From positions 1 through 35,220 of IMG/VR virus record IMGVR_UViG_3300032257_000072: DNA of 35,220 nt, one strand, 5' to 3'. A program made the translations under genes and the position numbers. The notes beneath the pieces were generated by a model, which saw only the letters and a list, made by a program, of their open reading frames with translations, was not told the origin of the DNA and ran no database searches. This document shows positions 8,658-17,871 of this stretch, piece by piece. Within the stretch, counting starts at the first letter, position 1. Every line of letters begins with the position of its first letter. The stretch comes from a virus. Taxonomy: Duplodnaviria; Caudoviricetes.

Positions 8658-8893
8658 TGGACGCAAAAGCATTGAAAGGCGCAATTTCAAGAAAGAAGCA
8701 TATGCAGATTGCTTTAGTTGATAGTAATCCATCTGGTTTTAAGATTAAACCAGCGAGCAAGGCTAAAGACTGGGAATACGAGAGCGTTGATTTCATCGGT
8801 GTATTTTCGCCTGGAGTTACATTAAACACGATTAGAAAAGAATTAACACTTCAAAAAGCAATATTAAACGATGTTATGGAGTTGACACTATGA
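8657..8893 (+). CDS. Hypothetical protein
   Basis: ORF track frame; ATG 8657 overlaps the upstream stop. Confidence 0.65.
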   Translation: MDAKALKGAISRKKHMQIALVDSNPSGFKIKPASKAKDWEYESVDFIGVFSPGVTLNTIRKELTLQKAILNDVMELTL

Positions 8894-9039
8894 CAGAACA
8901 AAAATCAGAAAAGCAAAAGACCTGCTCAGAGCCAGGCTGCAAAAGAAAGCTAACAAAAGAGCATACAACCATATGCGAGCATTGTTTCGAGACTGCAAGG
9001 GCTTCTTTATTTCATCGGTGCGGGGTGAGTAAGAAATGA
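8890..9039 (+). CDS. Small Cys-rich (zinc-finger-like) protein, 49 aa
   Basis: Manual translation ...TCSEPGCKRKLTKEHTTICEHCF...; ATGA overlaps at both ends. Confidence 0.65.
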   Translation: MTEQKSEKQKTCSEPGCKRKLTKEHTTICEHCFETARASLFHRCGVSKK

Positions 9040-9485
9040 TAATAGCTAACCAATACCACAAAAACAGAGCAATAGAGCTTATCAACTCATGGAGCCTCAA
9101 AACTCCAATGGAGTTGATAGGGCAAATATACAAGCCAGACAGAACAAAAGCACAAAACAGGCTTTTATATAAATGGATAGCTGAAATAAATAAACAGAGC
9201 GGCAACGGAATAGATCACGAAAGAAACACGCTTAAATTTAGATACGGCTGTCAGGTATTAATGCAGAACGATAAAAACGAGGATTTCAGAAGCTTTTACG
9301 GCAAATTAGTAGAAACATACGACTATGAAGATTGCGTTAAGTCTATGGCGTTTATATCGGTTTCTAGTCTGATGAATGTCAGTGAATTTACAGAGTATTT
9401 AAGGCATATAGAAACATACGCTCTAGGTTTAGGTTATCACTTGAGCAAGCCGGACGAATATAAAAATGCAATGGGCATTAAATAA
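9036..9485 (+). CDS. NinB-like recombination mediator
   Basis: RTKAQNRLLYKWIAEI and SSLMNVSEFTEYLRHIE motifs. Confidence 0.8.
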   Translation: MIIANQYHKNRAIELINSWSLKTPMELIGQIYKPDRTKAQNRLLYKWIAEINKQSGNGIDHERNTLKFRYGCQVLMQNDKNEDFRSFYGKLVETYDYEDCVKSMAFISVSSLMNVSEFTEYLRHIETYALGLGYHLSKPDEYKNAMGIK

Positions 9486-9574
9486 TGTTCCAAAAGCAAA
9501 ATAACTGGCGAAACGTAAACAGCGGAGCGTTAGCCAGTAAATAAATCTATCCGCTTAATTAAAGGCAAAATATT

Positions 9575-9871
9575 ATGAACGACATTGAAGAAGAGATACA
9601 AAAAAAGGGTTTAACGGCCCCACGAATCACACCTGAGCGTTTGAACGAAGTCATAACAAGTGAAGACTACCATGTATTTGAAGGCAGCCAGCTAACAGTT
9701 TGCTGTTTGACGCTTGAAAACGGTTTTACGGTTACTGGTGAAAGCGCATGCGCAAGCCCTGAAAACTTTAATGCTGAGTTGGGTCGAAAAATAGCGCGCG
9801 ACAATGCAAAGAATAAAATCTGGGCATTAGAAGGCTATCTGCTTAAACAGTCGTTGCACGAAGCTGCTTAA
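9575..9871 (+). CDS. N4 gp49/Sf6 gp66 family protein (candidate nucleotide sponge)
   Basis: TAPRITP...LTVCCLTLENGFTVTGESACASPENFNAELGRKIA...IWALEGYLL signature. Confidence 0.88.
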   Translation: MNDIEEEIQKKGLTAPRITPERLNEVITSEDYHVFEGSQLTVCCLTLENGFTVTGESACASPENFNAELGRKIARDNAKNKIWALEGYLLKQSLHEAA

Positions 9872-10156
9872 TTGAGTAGCAAGCTCACAAAAAGCGCAAG
9901 AGGTCAGGAGTGCCAAGTCCGCATTCCTGATCATTGCAATTTCAATCCTGAAACTGTCGTTTTAGCACACGTAAACGGCGGCGGTATGGGAATGAAATCA
10001 AATGATATTCACGGGGCTTTTTGTTGTAGCTCATGTCACGACATTTTAGACGGTAGAAAACCAGTAAGAGAATACACGCAAGACGATTTAAAGCTTATGC
10101 ACCTTGAAGGGGTGATAAGAACACAGTTGATCTGGATTAGTGAGGGGTTGCTTTGA
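9872..10156 (+). CDS. DUF1364/YbcO-like nuclease-domain protein
   Basis: SARGQECQVRIP..CN..PETVVLAH...GAFCCSSCHD. Confidence 0.88.
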   Translation: MSSKLTKSARGQECQVRIPDHCNFNPETVVLAHVNGGGMGMKSNDIHGAFCCSSCHDILDGRKPVREYTQDDLKLMHLEGVIRTQLIWISEGLL

Positions 10157-10536
10157 AACATCAAGAAGACGACGAGCAAAAGGCTTTGATTCAATGGGCT
10201 AACGCAACAAAACAAAACAGGGAAAGCATAGGGGCGTATTTATTCGCAATACCAAACGGAGGCAGGCGAAACCCGAAAGAGGCCAAAAGATTAAAGTCAC
10301 AAGGCGTTAAAGCGGGTGTGTCTGATTTGTTTCTACCTTTAGCGCATGGGGGTCATTTAGGGTTATGGGTTGAGATGAAATCAGCACTTGGAAAACTAAC
10401 CGATACGCAAGAAGAATGGTTGTTAAAAATGGAAAAACAGGGTTATGAAATCGCTGTTTGTTATAACTGGATGCAAGCAAGGGACACGATTAAAAGGTAT
10501 TTAGGGCTACCACAAACGCAGGTGATAAATGACTGA
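10153..10536 (+). CDS. VRR-NUC domain nuclease (putative resolvase)
   Basis: EDDEQ, FAIPNGG.R, GVKAGVSDL, GLWVEMK and LTDTQEEW motifs. Confidence 0.92.
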   Translation: MKHQEDDEQKALIQWANATKQNRESIGAYLFAIPNGGRRNPKEAKRLKSQGVKAGVSDLFLPLAHGGHLGLWVEMKSALGKLTDTQEEWLLKMEKQGYEIAVCYNWMQARDTIKRYLGLPQTQVIND

Positions 10537-10741
10537 TAGATCAAGCATGGGTTACTACTCAGACCCCGAAAGGGTGGCACTTAATGAAGAGAAGGGGAGG
10601 CTTAAGGTTGATTATGGGTGTCAGGTTTGCAGAAATAAAGACCTTGCCACTATTTGTTTTGAGTTAAGGATTTGCAAGAAAGGGCTTTCGCCAATTAACG
10701 GTAAAAAATACTGCAATGAGTGGGTGCTTGAAGATGATTGA
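10529..10741 (+). CDS. Cys-rich hypothetical protein
   Basis: GCQVC...C...YCNEW; coupled overlaps. Confidence 0.7.
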   Translation: MTDRSSMGYYSDPERVALNEEKGRLKVDYGCQVCRNKDLATICFELRICKKGLSPINGKKYCNEWVLEDD

Positions 10742-11066
10742 TAAAATAGATTACTTAATCGAAGGGTGGGCCGATGAGATGCAAAATATCATGGAGAGAT
10801 CATGCTTAAATTATCCTAATGCTTCATCCATTGCGAGAATAAATGAGGGCGGGTCACAAGTCCCCGGCTCAAAATGCCCTGAAATGTTCACAAGTAGACG
10901 GACAACAATATTTCAAGGTGTTTACAAAGAAATGAGAAATAGCTGGAAGAAGATTATTTTTAAGCGGTACATTGAAAGAGAAAAATTAAGCAGTAAGGAT
11001 TATCATATTTTAGAATTGATTCATCATTGGGTTGATGGTCATATAGTTGGCTTGCTAAAAGAGTGA
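10734..11066 (+). CDS. Putative late antiterminator (Q-like)
   Basis: Last early gene directly before a strong promoter and terminator; LIEGWA...LNYPNAS pattern. Confidence 0.6.
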   Translation: MIDKIDYLIEGWADEMQNIMERSCLNYPNASSIARINEGGSQVPGSKCPEMFTSRRTTIFQGVYKEMRNSWKKIIFKRYIEREKLSSKDYHILELIHHWVDGHIVGLLKE

Positions 11067-11073
11067 TAAGTGT

Positions 11074-11102
11074 TTGACATTCCAGAATAATCTGGTGATA
11101 AT
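11074..11102 (+). promoter_or_regulatory. Late promoter (pR'-like)
   Basis: TTGACA (11074-79), 17 bp, GATAAT (11097-102); CCAGA-ataa-TCTGG palindrome in the spacer. Confidence 0.8.
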
Positions 11103-11134
11103 AAGTTACAGTGTCTAAATTGACTCTGAAAAGC

Positions 11135-11165
11135 AAGCTCTTCCTTAACAGGCAGGGCTTTTTTT
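11135..11165 (+). terminator. tR'-like terminator 1
   Basis: AAGCTCT.CCT-taac-AGG.AGGGCTT stem plus T-run. Confidence 0.8.
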
Positions 11166-11256
11166 ATGCAAGAAATAAAGTAAGTCAAAAACTAAGATAA
11201 GGTATCGGCGGAAGTTAGCGCTCCGTTTCTCCGGTTCGATTCCGGTTCAAATTCAT

Positions 11257-11288
11257 AGCCTCGTTACTTTTTAAGTGCGGGGTTTTTT
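11257..11288 (+). terminator. tR'-like terminator 2
   Basis: AGCCTCG.TACTT-ttt-AAGTG-CGGGGTT stem plus T-run. Confidence 0.75.
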
Positions 11289-11303
11289 ATTGCAAAAAAT
11301 TCA

Positions 11304-11318
11304 CTGTCGAGATGACAG
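11304..11318 (+). promoter_or_regulatory. Late-leader hairpin motif, copy 1
   Basis: CTGTC-GAGAT-GACAG immediately before the GAGG SD. Confidence 0.7.
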
Positions 11319-11331
11319 CGAGGACGAGATT

Positions 11332-13611
11332 ATGAACTTATCCGCTAATAGCACTCAGTCAATTTTTAATAGAGAAACTGACTCCGGCAAAGTTGCCGTT
11401 TTTGGTGCTTTAGGACGTGATTTTGAGGCGGAGATAAAATACGAATCAAAAACGCTAACAGATACTGTTTCTATTGTTTTAGATGGTAAAAATGACGATT
11501 TATGGGAAACCATATCGACGATTATTGTTAAGTCTGATGAGGGCTCTAAGATTGAGTATTTAAGCCACACCTACGAAACAGTAAGAGCTACAGTCTCTAG
11601 TATAAGCGGTGGCTTTGTTAGTTTAATTACCCATACTGGCGATAAATCTTCAAGCAATCATAGAACACCCGCACTGCCTTTGTCTTATATCTCAAATAGT
11701 AGCGGAACCCCGTACATTAGTGGCGACAATTTATCAATAAAAGTTCCTGGCCTGACGGCGGTTTCGAATGGCAGTTCAAATAGATTTACAGCGGAGAAAA
11801 CGCTAACACCTGAACTGCCAAATGTGGAAATTGTTGCTACAGAGGCCCTGTCTAATGGCGGCGTTATGACGATTGCATCACAGCCACAACATTTAGCGAA
11901 ACTTCAAATTACAGTTAATGCGGTATCTGAGGCGGTCGGCACAGCCGATAATTTTGTAATAGCAGGTAATGATGAAAGGGGTATCGGCCTTGAAGATACA
12001 GTTTACCCATCTACATCAATAAGCATTGGAAGTTCAGACACAGTAGTAAGTAATAAGTATTTTGCTTCAATAACCAGCATAACAGCAAATGGCATGGCTT
12101 CAGGTGTAACGGCCAGCGTTGATGAGCATCAATTTAGAGGCCATTTAAAGCTTGATTCTACAGGCTCTATAGATTGGGCCTGGGATAATACGTACTCTGA
12201 AGGAGAGCAGCGGCTGTGTTCTTTCGAATGCTTGTCTACCGGAATTATATCAATTCAGGATTGGCGCTTAATGGGGCCAATTGCGAAGGCGCAGAGAATA
12301 GGTTCTGAAGTTTTAGAATGGTCTGGCGGTTTTCCTGAAGGGCCTAATGATTGGTTTGGTAATTGTATATATACAGCTATCGAGGCAATGGATGGCAATC
12401 TAATAATTGCGGGCAATGGTGGTCGTGTTTGTGAGTTTGATGGTCTTGAGTTTGATGGAGGGTATCGGCCCAGTGTTATAACTGCGTTGGATAATATTTC
12501 ATCAATTGCTTCTATAGGTAGAAATGCCAATGAGGAAGAGATATTTTATGTTGGCACATATAGCGGTTTATTGTTGCAGTGGAATAGGACTGCTAATGTA
12601 TGGACGGATGTGACGCCCATATTAACAACGGCTGGTTGGGCTTCAGGTGCAGCTATCAATGCAGTGGTTAAGGGTGGTGGTAATAATTTAGTTTATATAT
12701 TGGGCGCTGATGGTGCTTACTCTTTAATAGACAATAACAATACTACGCCTAGCATCGGTGGGCTTGGAAAGCTTAATGCAATTATTGGCTCTGATGAGAT
12801 ATTTGCGGGTGTTTATGCCGACAATTATTTGTGGATAGTGGGCGGTGGTGCGTCTGGTATTCGTTTTATTGCGTATCAAGTGTTAAGTAATTATTACGGG
12901 ATTGATTTGAGTGATTATTTGCCCGGCGCGGCGGCTGATCATGGGGGTAGCTCTGCATCATTAAGAGGTATATCTGTTGATCAGTCGGGTAATCTTGTGT
13001 TTTGTGGTGTCGGTAGCTCTTTCTATATGGCTGATTGGAGTACGCGACAGTCTTTTGGTCGTGGCTTAATGGCGCTCACTTTAGAAGCTGGTAATTCTGG
13101 TGTTCTACCTGCCGGGTTTACGGTTTCTGATGGAGCTAATACATACAAGACTCTATACGATGCTGAGTGCTCGCACACTGGGACGCCGACTATTTATGTT
13201 GAGGTTGAAGCTGTTGAGCGTGGTATGCAAGGGATGGCCGTTGCTGGCACAGTGACAACGGTTGTTGATTCATGGGCCCCTGGGGCAGGCGCAACAAGAA
13301 TAGGGCCTGTCAATGGTTCATGTACTAACAGTACCGCAATATCAATGGGGCGTTTAATTGCTAATGGTACGTGGGGGACTCAGGGCCTTCCAAAATCTAT
13401 TATTTCATCTCAAACGCTTGCTGTTCGCAGAACGGCTGAAAAAACATATTTATCAGGCCAAGGTGGTGATGTTTTTGAGTTTGATGGTTCGATACTCAGA
13501 GATATTACACCACAAGTTCAATTCAAAGGAAGAAATACAACGGCCATTTTAGGGCGTGGTTGTATATGGATGTTTGGCGATGAAGGCAAGATTTTTAGTT
13601 TGCCAATATGA
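11332..13611 (+). CDS. Large modular beta-rich protein, probably a virion fibre/spike (759 aa)
   Basis: First late gene; G/S/T-rich; propeller-like repeats and a baseplate-J-like segment; ATG 11332 follows terminator 2 and a GAGGA SD. Confidence 0.6.
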   Translation: MNLSANSTQSIFNRETDSGKVAVFGALGRDFEAEIKYESKTLTDTVSIVLDGKNDDLWETISTIIVKSDEGSKIEYLSHTYETVRATVSSISGGFVSLITHTGDKSSSNHRTPALPLSYISNSSGTPYISGDNLSIKVPGLTAVSNGSSNRFTAEKTLTPELPNVEIVATEALSNGGVMTIASQPQHLAKLQITVNAVSEAVGTADNFVIAGNDERGIGLEDTVYPSTSISIGSSDTVVSNKYFASITSITANGMASGVTASVDEHQFRGHLKLDSTGSIDWAWDNTYSEGEQRLCSFECLSTGIISIQDWRLMGPIAKAQRIGSEVLEWSGGFPEGPNDWFGNCIYTAIEAMDGNLIIAGNGGRVCEFDGLEFDGGYRPSVITALDNISSIASIGRNANEEEIFYVGTYSGLLLQWNRTANVWTDVTPILTTAGWASGAAINAVVKGGGNNLVYILGADGAYSLIDNNNTTPSIGGLGKLNAIIGSDEIFAGVYADNYLWIVGGGASGIRFIAYQVLSNYYGIDLSDYLPGAAADHGGSSASLRGISVDQSGNLVFCGVGSSFYMADWSTRQSFGRGLMALTLEAGNSGVLPAGFTVSDGANTYKTLYDAECSHTGTPTIYVEVEAVERGMQGMAVAGTVTTVVDSWAPGAGATRIGPVNGSCTNSTAISMGRLIANGTWGTQGLPKSIISSQTLAVRRTAEKTYLSGQGGDVFEFDGSILRDITPQVQFKGRNTTAILGRGCIWMFGDEGKIFSLPI

Positions 13612-13928
13612 TTTCACGCACTCTACAAGCTTTATCGCAAGACAGGTTAAAAACTGTTCAGAATGAAAACTCAGTATTAACTTATTCTGTTAACTGGGGG
13701 CCGCAAATTGATACTAATACAATCAGCACAAGCACCTGGACAAGTGAAGACAATATAACTATAGCAGGCGAAGCAAATACAACATTAACAGCTTCAGCGA
13801 CATTATCCGGCGGCGTTGGCACTCATCGAGTAGTAAACAAAATCACCACATCAGACGGACAAACAGACGAGAGAATTATTATTTTAACTATATTAGAGAA
13901 TGATGATTATTTGAGGGATTATGAGTAA
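13608..13928 (+). CDS. Putative fibre-adaptor-like small beta protein
   Basis: YSVNW...TISTSTW...LSGG..G..RVVNKITTSDGQTDERII pattern; ATGA-coupled to the upstream gene. Confidence 0.6.
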   Translation: MISRTLQALSQDRLKTVQNENSVLTYSVNWGPQIDTNTISTSTWTSEDNITIAGEANTTLTASATLSGGVGTHRVVNKITTSDGQTDERIIILTILENDDYLRDYE

Positions 13929-14511
13929 GGACAAACTAACAGATAAACAAGCTTTGTTTGTTAAAGAATACCTTATCGATTTGAATGCAACTCAAGCCGC
14001 AATTAGGGCCGGATATAGCGAAAACACTGCACAAAAAATAGGCTCTGAAAACCTCTCAAAACCACTTATTGCCGATGCAATAGCCAAAGCAATGACTAAG
14101 CGCACAGAAGAGCTTGAAATAGATGCTAAATGGTTGCTTAAACGCTTAGTAGATGAAGCTACAGCAGACATTGCAGATTTATACACTGAAACAGGTGGAT
14201 TAAAGCCCGTTCATGAGTGGCCTAAGATTTGGCGACAAGGTTTAGTCGCAGGCTTAGAGAGTCAGCAACAGTTTGAATATATCGACGGTGAAAAGGTTCC
14301 TGATGGTTATCTAATGAAAGTCAGGTTATCAGACAGAGTTAAACGAATTGAAATGATTGGAAAACATATAGATGTTCAAGCGTTTAGCGAGAAATCAACG
14401 GTAGTTATTAAAGATGAGCGAACAATGTCAGACGGAGAGCTCGAACGTATCGCCGCAGGTAGCAGCGCGGGAACTTCTAAACAGGCGGATAGCTCGGAAA
14501 AATTACACTAG
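13921..14511 (+). CDS. terS: Terminase small subunit
   Basis: LTDKQALFVKEYLIDLNATQAAIRAGYS signature. Confidence 0.95.
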   Translation: MSKDKLTDKQALFVKEYLIDLNATQAAIRAGYSENTAQKIGSENLSKPLIADAIAKAMTKRTEELEIDAKWLLKRLVDEATADIADLYTETGGLKPVHEWPKIWRQGLVAGLESQQQFEYIDGEKVPDGYLMKVRLSDRVKRIEMIGKHIDVQAFSEKSTVVIKDERTMSDGELERIAAGSSAGTSKQADSSEKLH

Positions 14512-15967
14512 TTATTGTGAGTACGTGGCTTCTGATGAACCGCCAGATACACATCATAAAATATTATGTGAAGCATTAGATAGGGTTGTAGATCATCAGT
14601 TAGGGCTAGAAAACGGCATTAGAAATCTTATGATTTTCATGCCTCCAGGTTCGGCAAAGTCAACTTATGCAAGCGTAAGGTTTCCCGCTTATTACTTAGG
14701 CAGGCTTGGAAAGAAAAATATTATATGTGCTTCTTATGGCGAAAAACTAGCAACAGCATTCGGGCGCAAAGTTCGGAATTTAGTTGCATCAAATGAAAGT
14801 CATAAATTATTTCCTGATTTAGTTTTAACTCAAGATTCGCAAGCAAAGGGCGAATGGGAAACTGAAGACGGCGGCACTTACTTTGCCGTAGGTGTTGGCG
14901 GTGGTGTTACTGGTAGGCGGGGTGATTTAGGTCTAATTGACGACCCTGTTAAGGGTAGAAAAGAAGCTGATAGCGACACAGTAAAACAAGACACTTGGAA
15001 TTGGTATAACTCAGATTTTTTAACCCGTTTAAAGCCCACAGCGGCACAAGTGATTATACAAACTCGATGGGTTGATGATGATTTGTCAGGAAGAATATTG
15101 CCTGATGATTGGAACGGTGAAAGCGGTGTATTTACCGGAAAAGAAGGTAAGGAATGGCATGTTATTTGTCTGCAAGCTGAAGCCAAAGAAGGCAAAAATG
15201 ACCCGTTAGGTAGAAAGCCTGGCGAATGGTTGTGGCCTAAATGGTTTACCCCTGAATACTGGAAAGAAACAAAAGCAGCGGTTCAGAAAAGTGATTCCAG
15301 AACATGGAGTGCATTATATCAGCAAACACCAACGGCAGACGAAGGAACTTACTTTAAGCGCGATTGGTTTAATCGTTATCCGTTAGGCGATCACCCTAAA
15401 TATATTACAAAGTTTGGCGCTAGTGATTATGCGGTTACTGATGACGGTGGAGATTATACAGAGCAAGGCGTGGCAGGTTTATGCCCTGAAAGTAATCTTT
15501 ATATGATTGATTGGATTTCCGGTCAAGTAGAGTCTGACGAGTGGGTTGATGACTTGCTCGATTTAACTAAAAAACATAACCCTGTTATTTGGGGTGCTGA
15601 AGTAGGCCAGATTAAAAAATCAGTTTCACCCTGGCTTAACAAGCGAAGTTTAAAAAGAAAAATATTTATTGACCTTGAGCCAATGTCACACGTTGGAGAC
15701 AAGGCGGCCAATGCGCGATCTTTTCAAGCAATGGCAAAACTAGGAATGGTTTATATCCCCATTTGTGATTGGGGCGATGAATTAATAAGGCAGTTAGTAA
15801 AATTCCCAGCTGGCGCTTTTGACGACAAAGTTGATGTATGCGGATTAATGGGCCGATTGATAGACAAGGTTTACGAAATATCACCACCGGACAAACCGAA
15901 AGAAGAAAAACACGACGATTATGATGATTTTGACAACGACGAAGGCGACGACTGGAAAACTGTATGA
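14414..15967 (+). CDS. terL: Terminase large subunit
   Basis: MPPGSAKST Walker A, GLIDDP Walker B, IQTRW, LYQQTP and FPAGAFDDKVD nuclease motif. Confidence 0.95.
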   Translation: MSEQCQTESSNVSPQVAARELLNRRIARKNYTSYCEYVASDEPPDTHHKILCEALDRVVDHQLGLENGIRNLMIFMPPGSAKSTYASVRFPAYYLGRLGKKNIICASYGEKLATAFGRKVRNLVASNESHKLFPDLVLTQDSQAKGEWETEDGGTYFAVGVGGGVTGRRGDLGLIDDPVKGRKEADSDTVKQDTWNWYNSDFLTRLKPTAAQVIIQTRWVDDDLSGRILPDDWNGESGVFTGKEGKEWHVICLQAEAKEGKNDPLGRKPGEWLWPKWFTPEYWKETKAAVQKSDSRTWSALYQQTPTADEGTYFKRDWFNRYPLGDHPKYITKFGASDYAVTDDGGDYTEQGVAGLCPESNLYMIDWISGQVESDEWVDDLLDLTKKHNPVIWGAEVGQIKKSVSPWLNKRSLKRKIFIDLEPMSHVGDKAANARSFQAMAKLGMVYIPICDWGDELIRQLVKFPAGAFDDKVDVCGLMGRLIDKVYEISPPDKPKEEKHDDYDDFDNDEGDDWKTV

Positions 15968-17802
15968 ATGACATTCACACTAAGCTTGTCCAGTATGTAG
16001 AAACGTTCTTCGAGCATACCTTGTTGGGCCATTCTGAAGCTCGCACACGTCGAGATTATTACAACGGGATACAACATACAGCGGAAGAAGTAGCGACCCT
16101 TAGAAAGCGTAAGCAGCCTGTAGTAACTGACAACCGTATCAAACGCAAAGTTGACTATTTGCTAGGTGTTGAGCGACAAACACGCACAGACCCTAAAGCA
16201 TTCCCACGCACACCAGATGACGACGAATCAGCGCAGGTTTTTACTGATGCTATTCGATTTGTTTGCGATAACAATGACTGGGACATGGAGCGCTCAGAAT
16301 CGTTTGATTATTTATGCGTAGAAGGTATCGAGGCGTACATGATCGACGAGGGTGAAATGGGCGGCGAATCTCAGATTATGCCCAAACATATCCCGCATAA
16401 TCGGTTTATATATGACCCTCATTCAACAGATAGATACTTTAGAGATTCGAAGTATCTTGGCGTTATCACATGGATGGACATAGAAGACGCTAAACAGATG
16501 TTTAAGGGTAAAGAAGAGGTTTTAAATGTTACCCCAACACAAACTAATTCATCTTTTGACGATAAGCCTAATAATGCTATATGGATTGATTCAAATCGTA
16601 AGCGGGTAATGATTATATTGCTCGACTTTTTAGAGGCTGGCGTTTGGCATAGAGGGTTATTTACTAAGGAAGGAATGTTATTTGAAGCAGAGCCTTCGCG
16701 TTTTATTGACGAGTATGGGCAACCAGAAAGTAATATTGTGGCGGGTGGTGCGTTTATAGATCAGGATAATGATCGTTACGGCATTGTTAGACAGATGATT
16801 TCCCCACAGGATGAAATTAATAAGCGTCGATCTAAGTACCTGCATTTACTTTCACAGCGTCAAACATATGGCAATCAAAAAGCCGTTGAAAATGTAAATA
16901 AAGCCAAAACTGAAATGGCTAAGCCTGACGGGCATCTTGAATTACAAGGCAACGCTCAATTAGGGGCTGATTTTGGCGTTCTTCCTACAGGCGATATGGC
17001 AATCGGCCAATTCAACCTGCTACAAGACGCGCTAGGCTCGATTGAAGGCATGGGGCAGGGTGATGTTGTAGGCTCAACCGCTTCAGGCCGTAGTAAAGAG
17101 ATTTCGCAGAATTCAAACCTTATCGAGTTAGGTCCGTTATTCGATACACATAGACAAGTTTCTAAACTGGTTTATAAGCAAATATTCAACCGCATAAAGC
17201 AATCATGGACAGGTCAGAAATTTATCAGAATAACTGACGATGAAAAGAACGTTAAATTCTCAGAATTAAATAAGCCAATGACAAATGCGGATTTAGTTAT
17301 TGAGAAGCTAGGAAGGGAAGAGGGTGAAAAAGTTATTGCTCAGTATCAAGGCGACCCACGACTTAACCAGGTGGTAGAAGTTAGAAACGCGCCTGCTCAG
17401 GTTAACGTCGATATTATTATTGAAGATGCGCCGGACGTTGCAAATATTCAGTCTGAACAGTTTGAAGAGTTGGTAAGAATTGCGCCAAGCTACCCTGAAG
17501 AGGTTAAGTTTAAGCATATCCTGCAAATGTCCACTATCAGAAATAAAGATCAAATACTTGAAGACATGAGCGGCGGGGACGAAGAGCAGCAGGCCTTACA
17601 GCAGAAAGTTATTGACCAACAAAACCAGATTAAACAATTAGTAACTGAGTTAGAGCTAAAAGGAAAAGAGGCCAAGATTAAACTTGATAACGCTTCTACT
17701 AAAGAAAAGGAAGCACGAGCAAAGCAAATAGCAATTGAAACCGAGGCACAGGAAATAGAGAACGAAATAGCTGTTGAATCGGTGGGAATGTATCTCAGTT
17801 AA
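15964..17802 (+). CDS. Portal protein (P22-like podoviral)
   Basis: Follows TerL; DYYNG.Q, P..T.NRI and QDEINKRRSK motifs; C-terminal coiled coil. Confidence 0.9.
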   Translation: MNDIHTKLVQYVETFFEHTLLGHSEARTRRDYYNGIQHTAEEVATLRKRKQPVVTDNRIKRKVDYLLGVERQTRTDPKAFPRTPDDDESAQVFTDAIRFVCDNNDWDMERSESFDYLCVEGIEAYMIDEGEMGGESQIMPKHIPHNRFIYDPHSTDRYFRDSKYLGVITWMDIEDAKQMFKGKEEVLNVTPTQTNSSFDDKPNNAIWIDSNRKRVMIILLDFLEAGVWHRGLFTKEGMLFEAEPSRFIDEYGQPESNIVAGGAFIDQDNDRYGIVRQMISPQDEINKRRSKYLHLLSQRQTYGNQKAVENVNKAKTEMAKPDGHLELQGNAQLGADFGVLPTGDMAIGQFNLLQDALGSIEGMGQGDVVGSTASGRSKEISQNSNLIELGPLFDTHRQVSKLVYKQIFNRIKQSWTGQKFIRITDDEKNVKFSELNKPMTNADLVIEKLGREEGEKVIAQYQGDPRLNQVVEVRNAPAQVNVDIIIEDAPDVANIQSEQFEELVRIAPSYPEEVKFKHILQMSTIRNKDQILEDMSGGDEEQQALQQKVIDQQNQIKQLVTELELKGKEAKIKLDNASTKEKEARAKQIAIETEAQEIENEIAVESVGMYLS

Positions 17803-17821
17803 AACCAAATTTTAAGAATTT

Positions 17822-17849
17822 AAGAAGCTCCTTTTTAGGGTCTTTTTTT
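17822..17849 (+). terminator. Possible terminator after the portal gene
   Basis: Imperfect AAGAAGCTCC/AGGGTCTT stem plus T-run. Confidence 0.45.
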
Positions 17850-17871
17850 ATGCCTGCAATAAAGCAGACCA

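Noticed and set aside
11190-11260. Functional tRNA gene
   Set aside because: Only a T-arm-like hairpin is clear; no acceptor stem, anticodon arm or CCA could be built.
11275-11331. ORF-track GTG start for the large late gene
   Set aside because: It lies inside a terminator; ATG 11332 has an SD.
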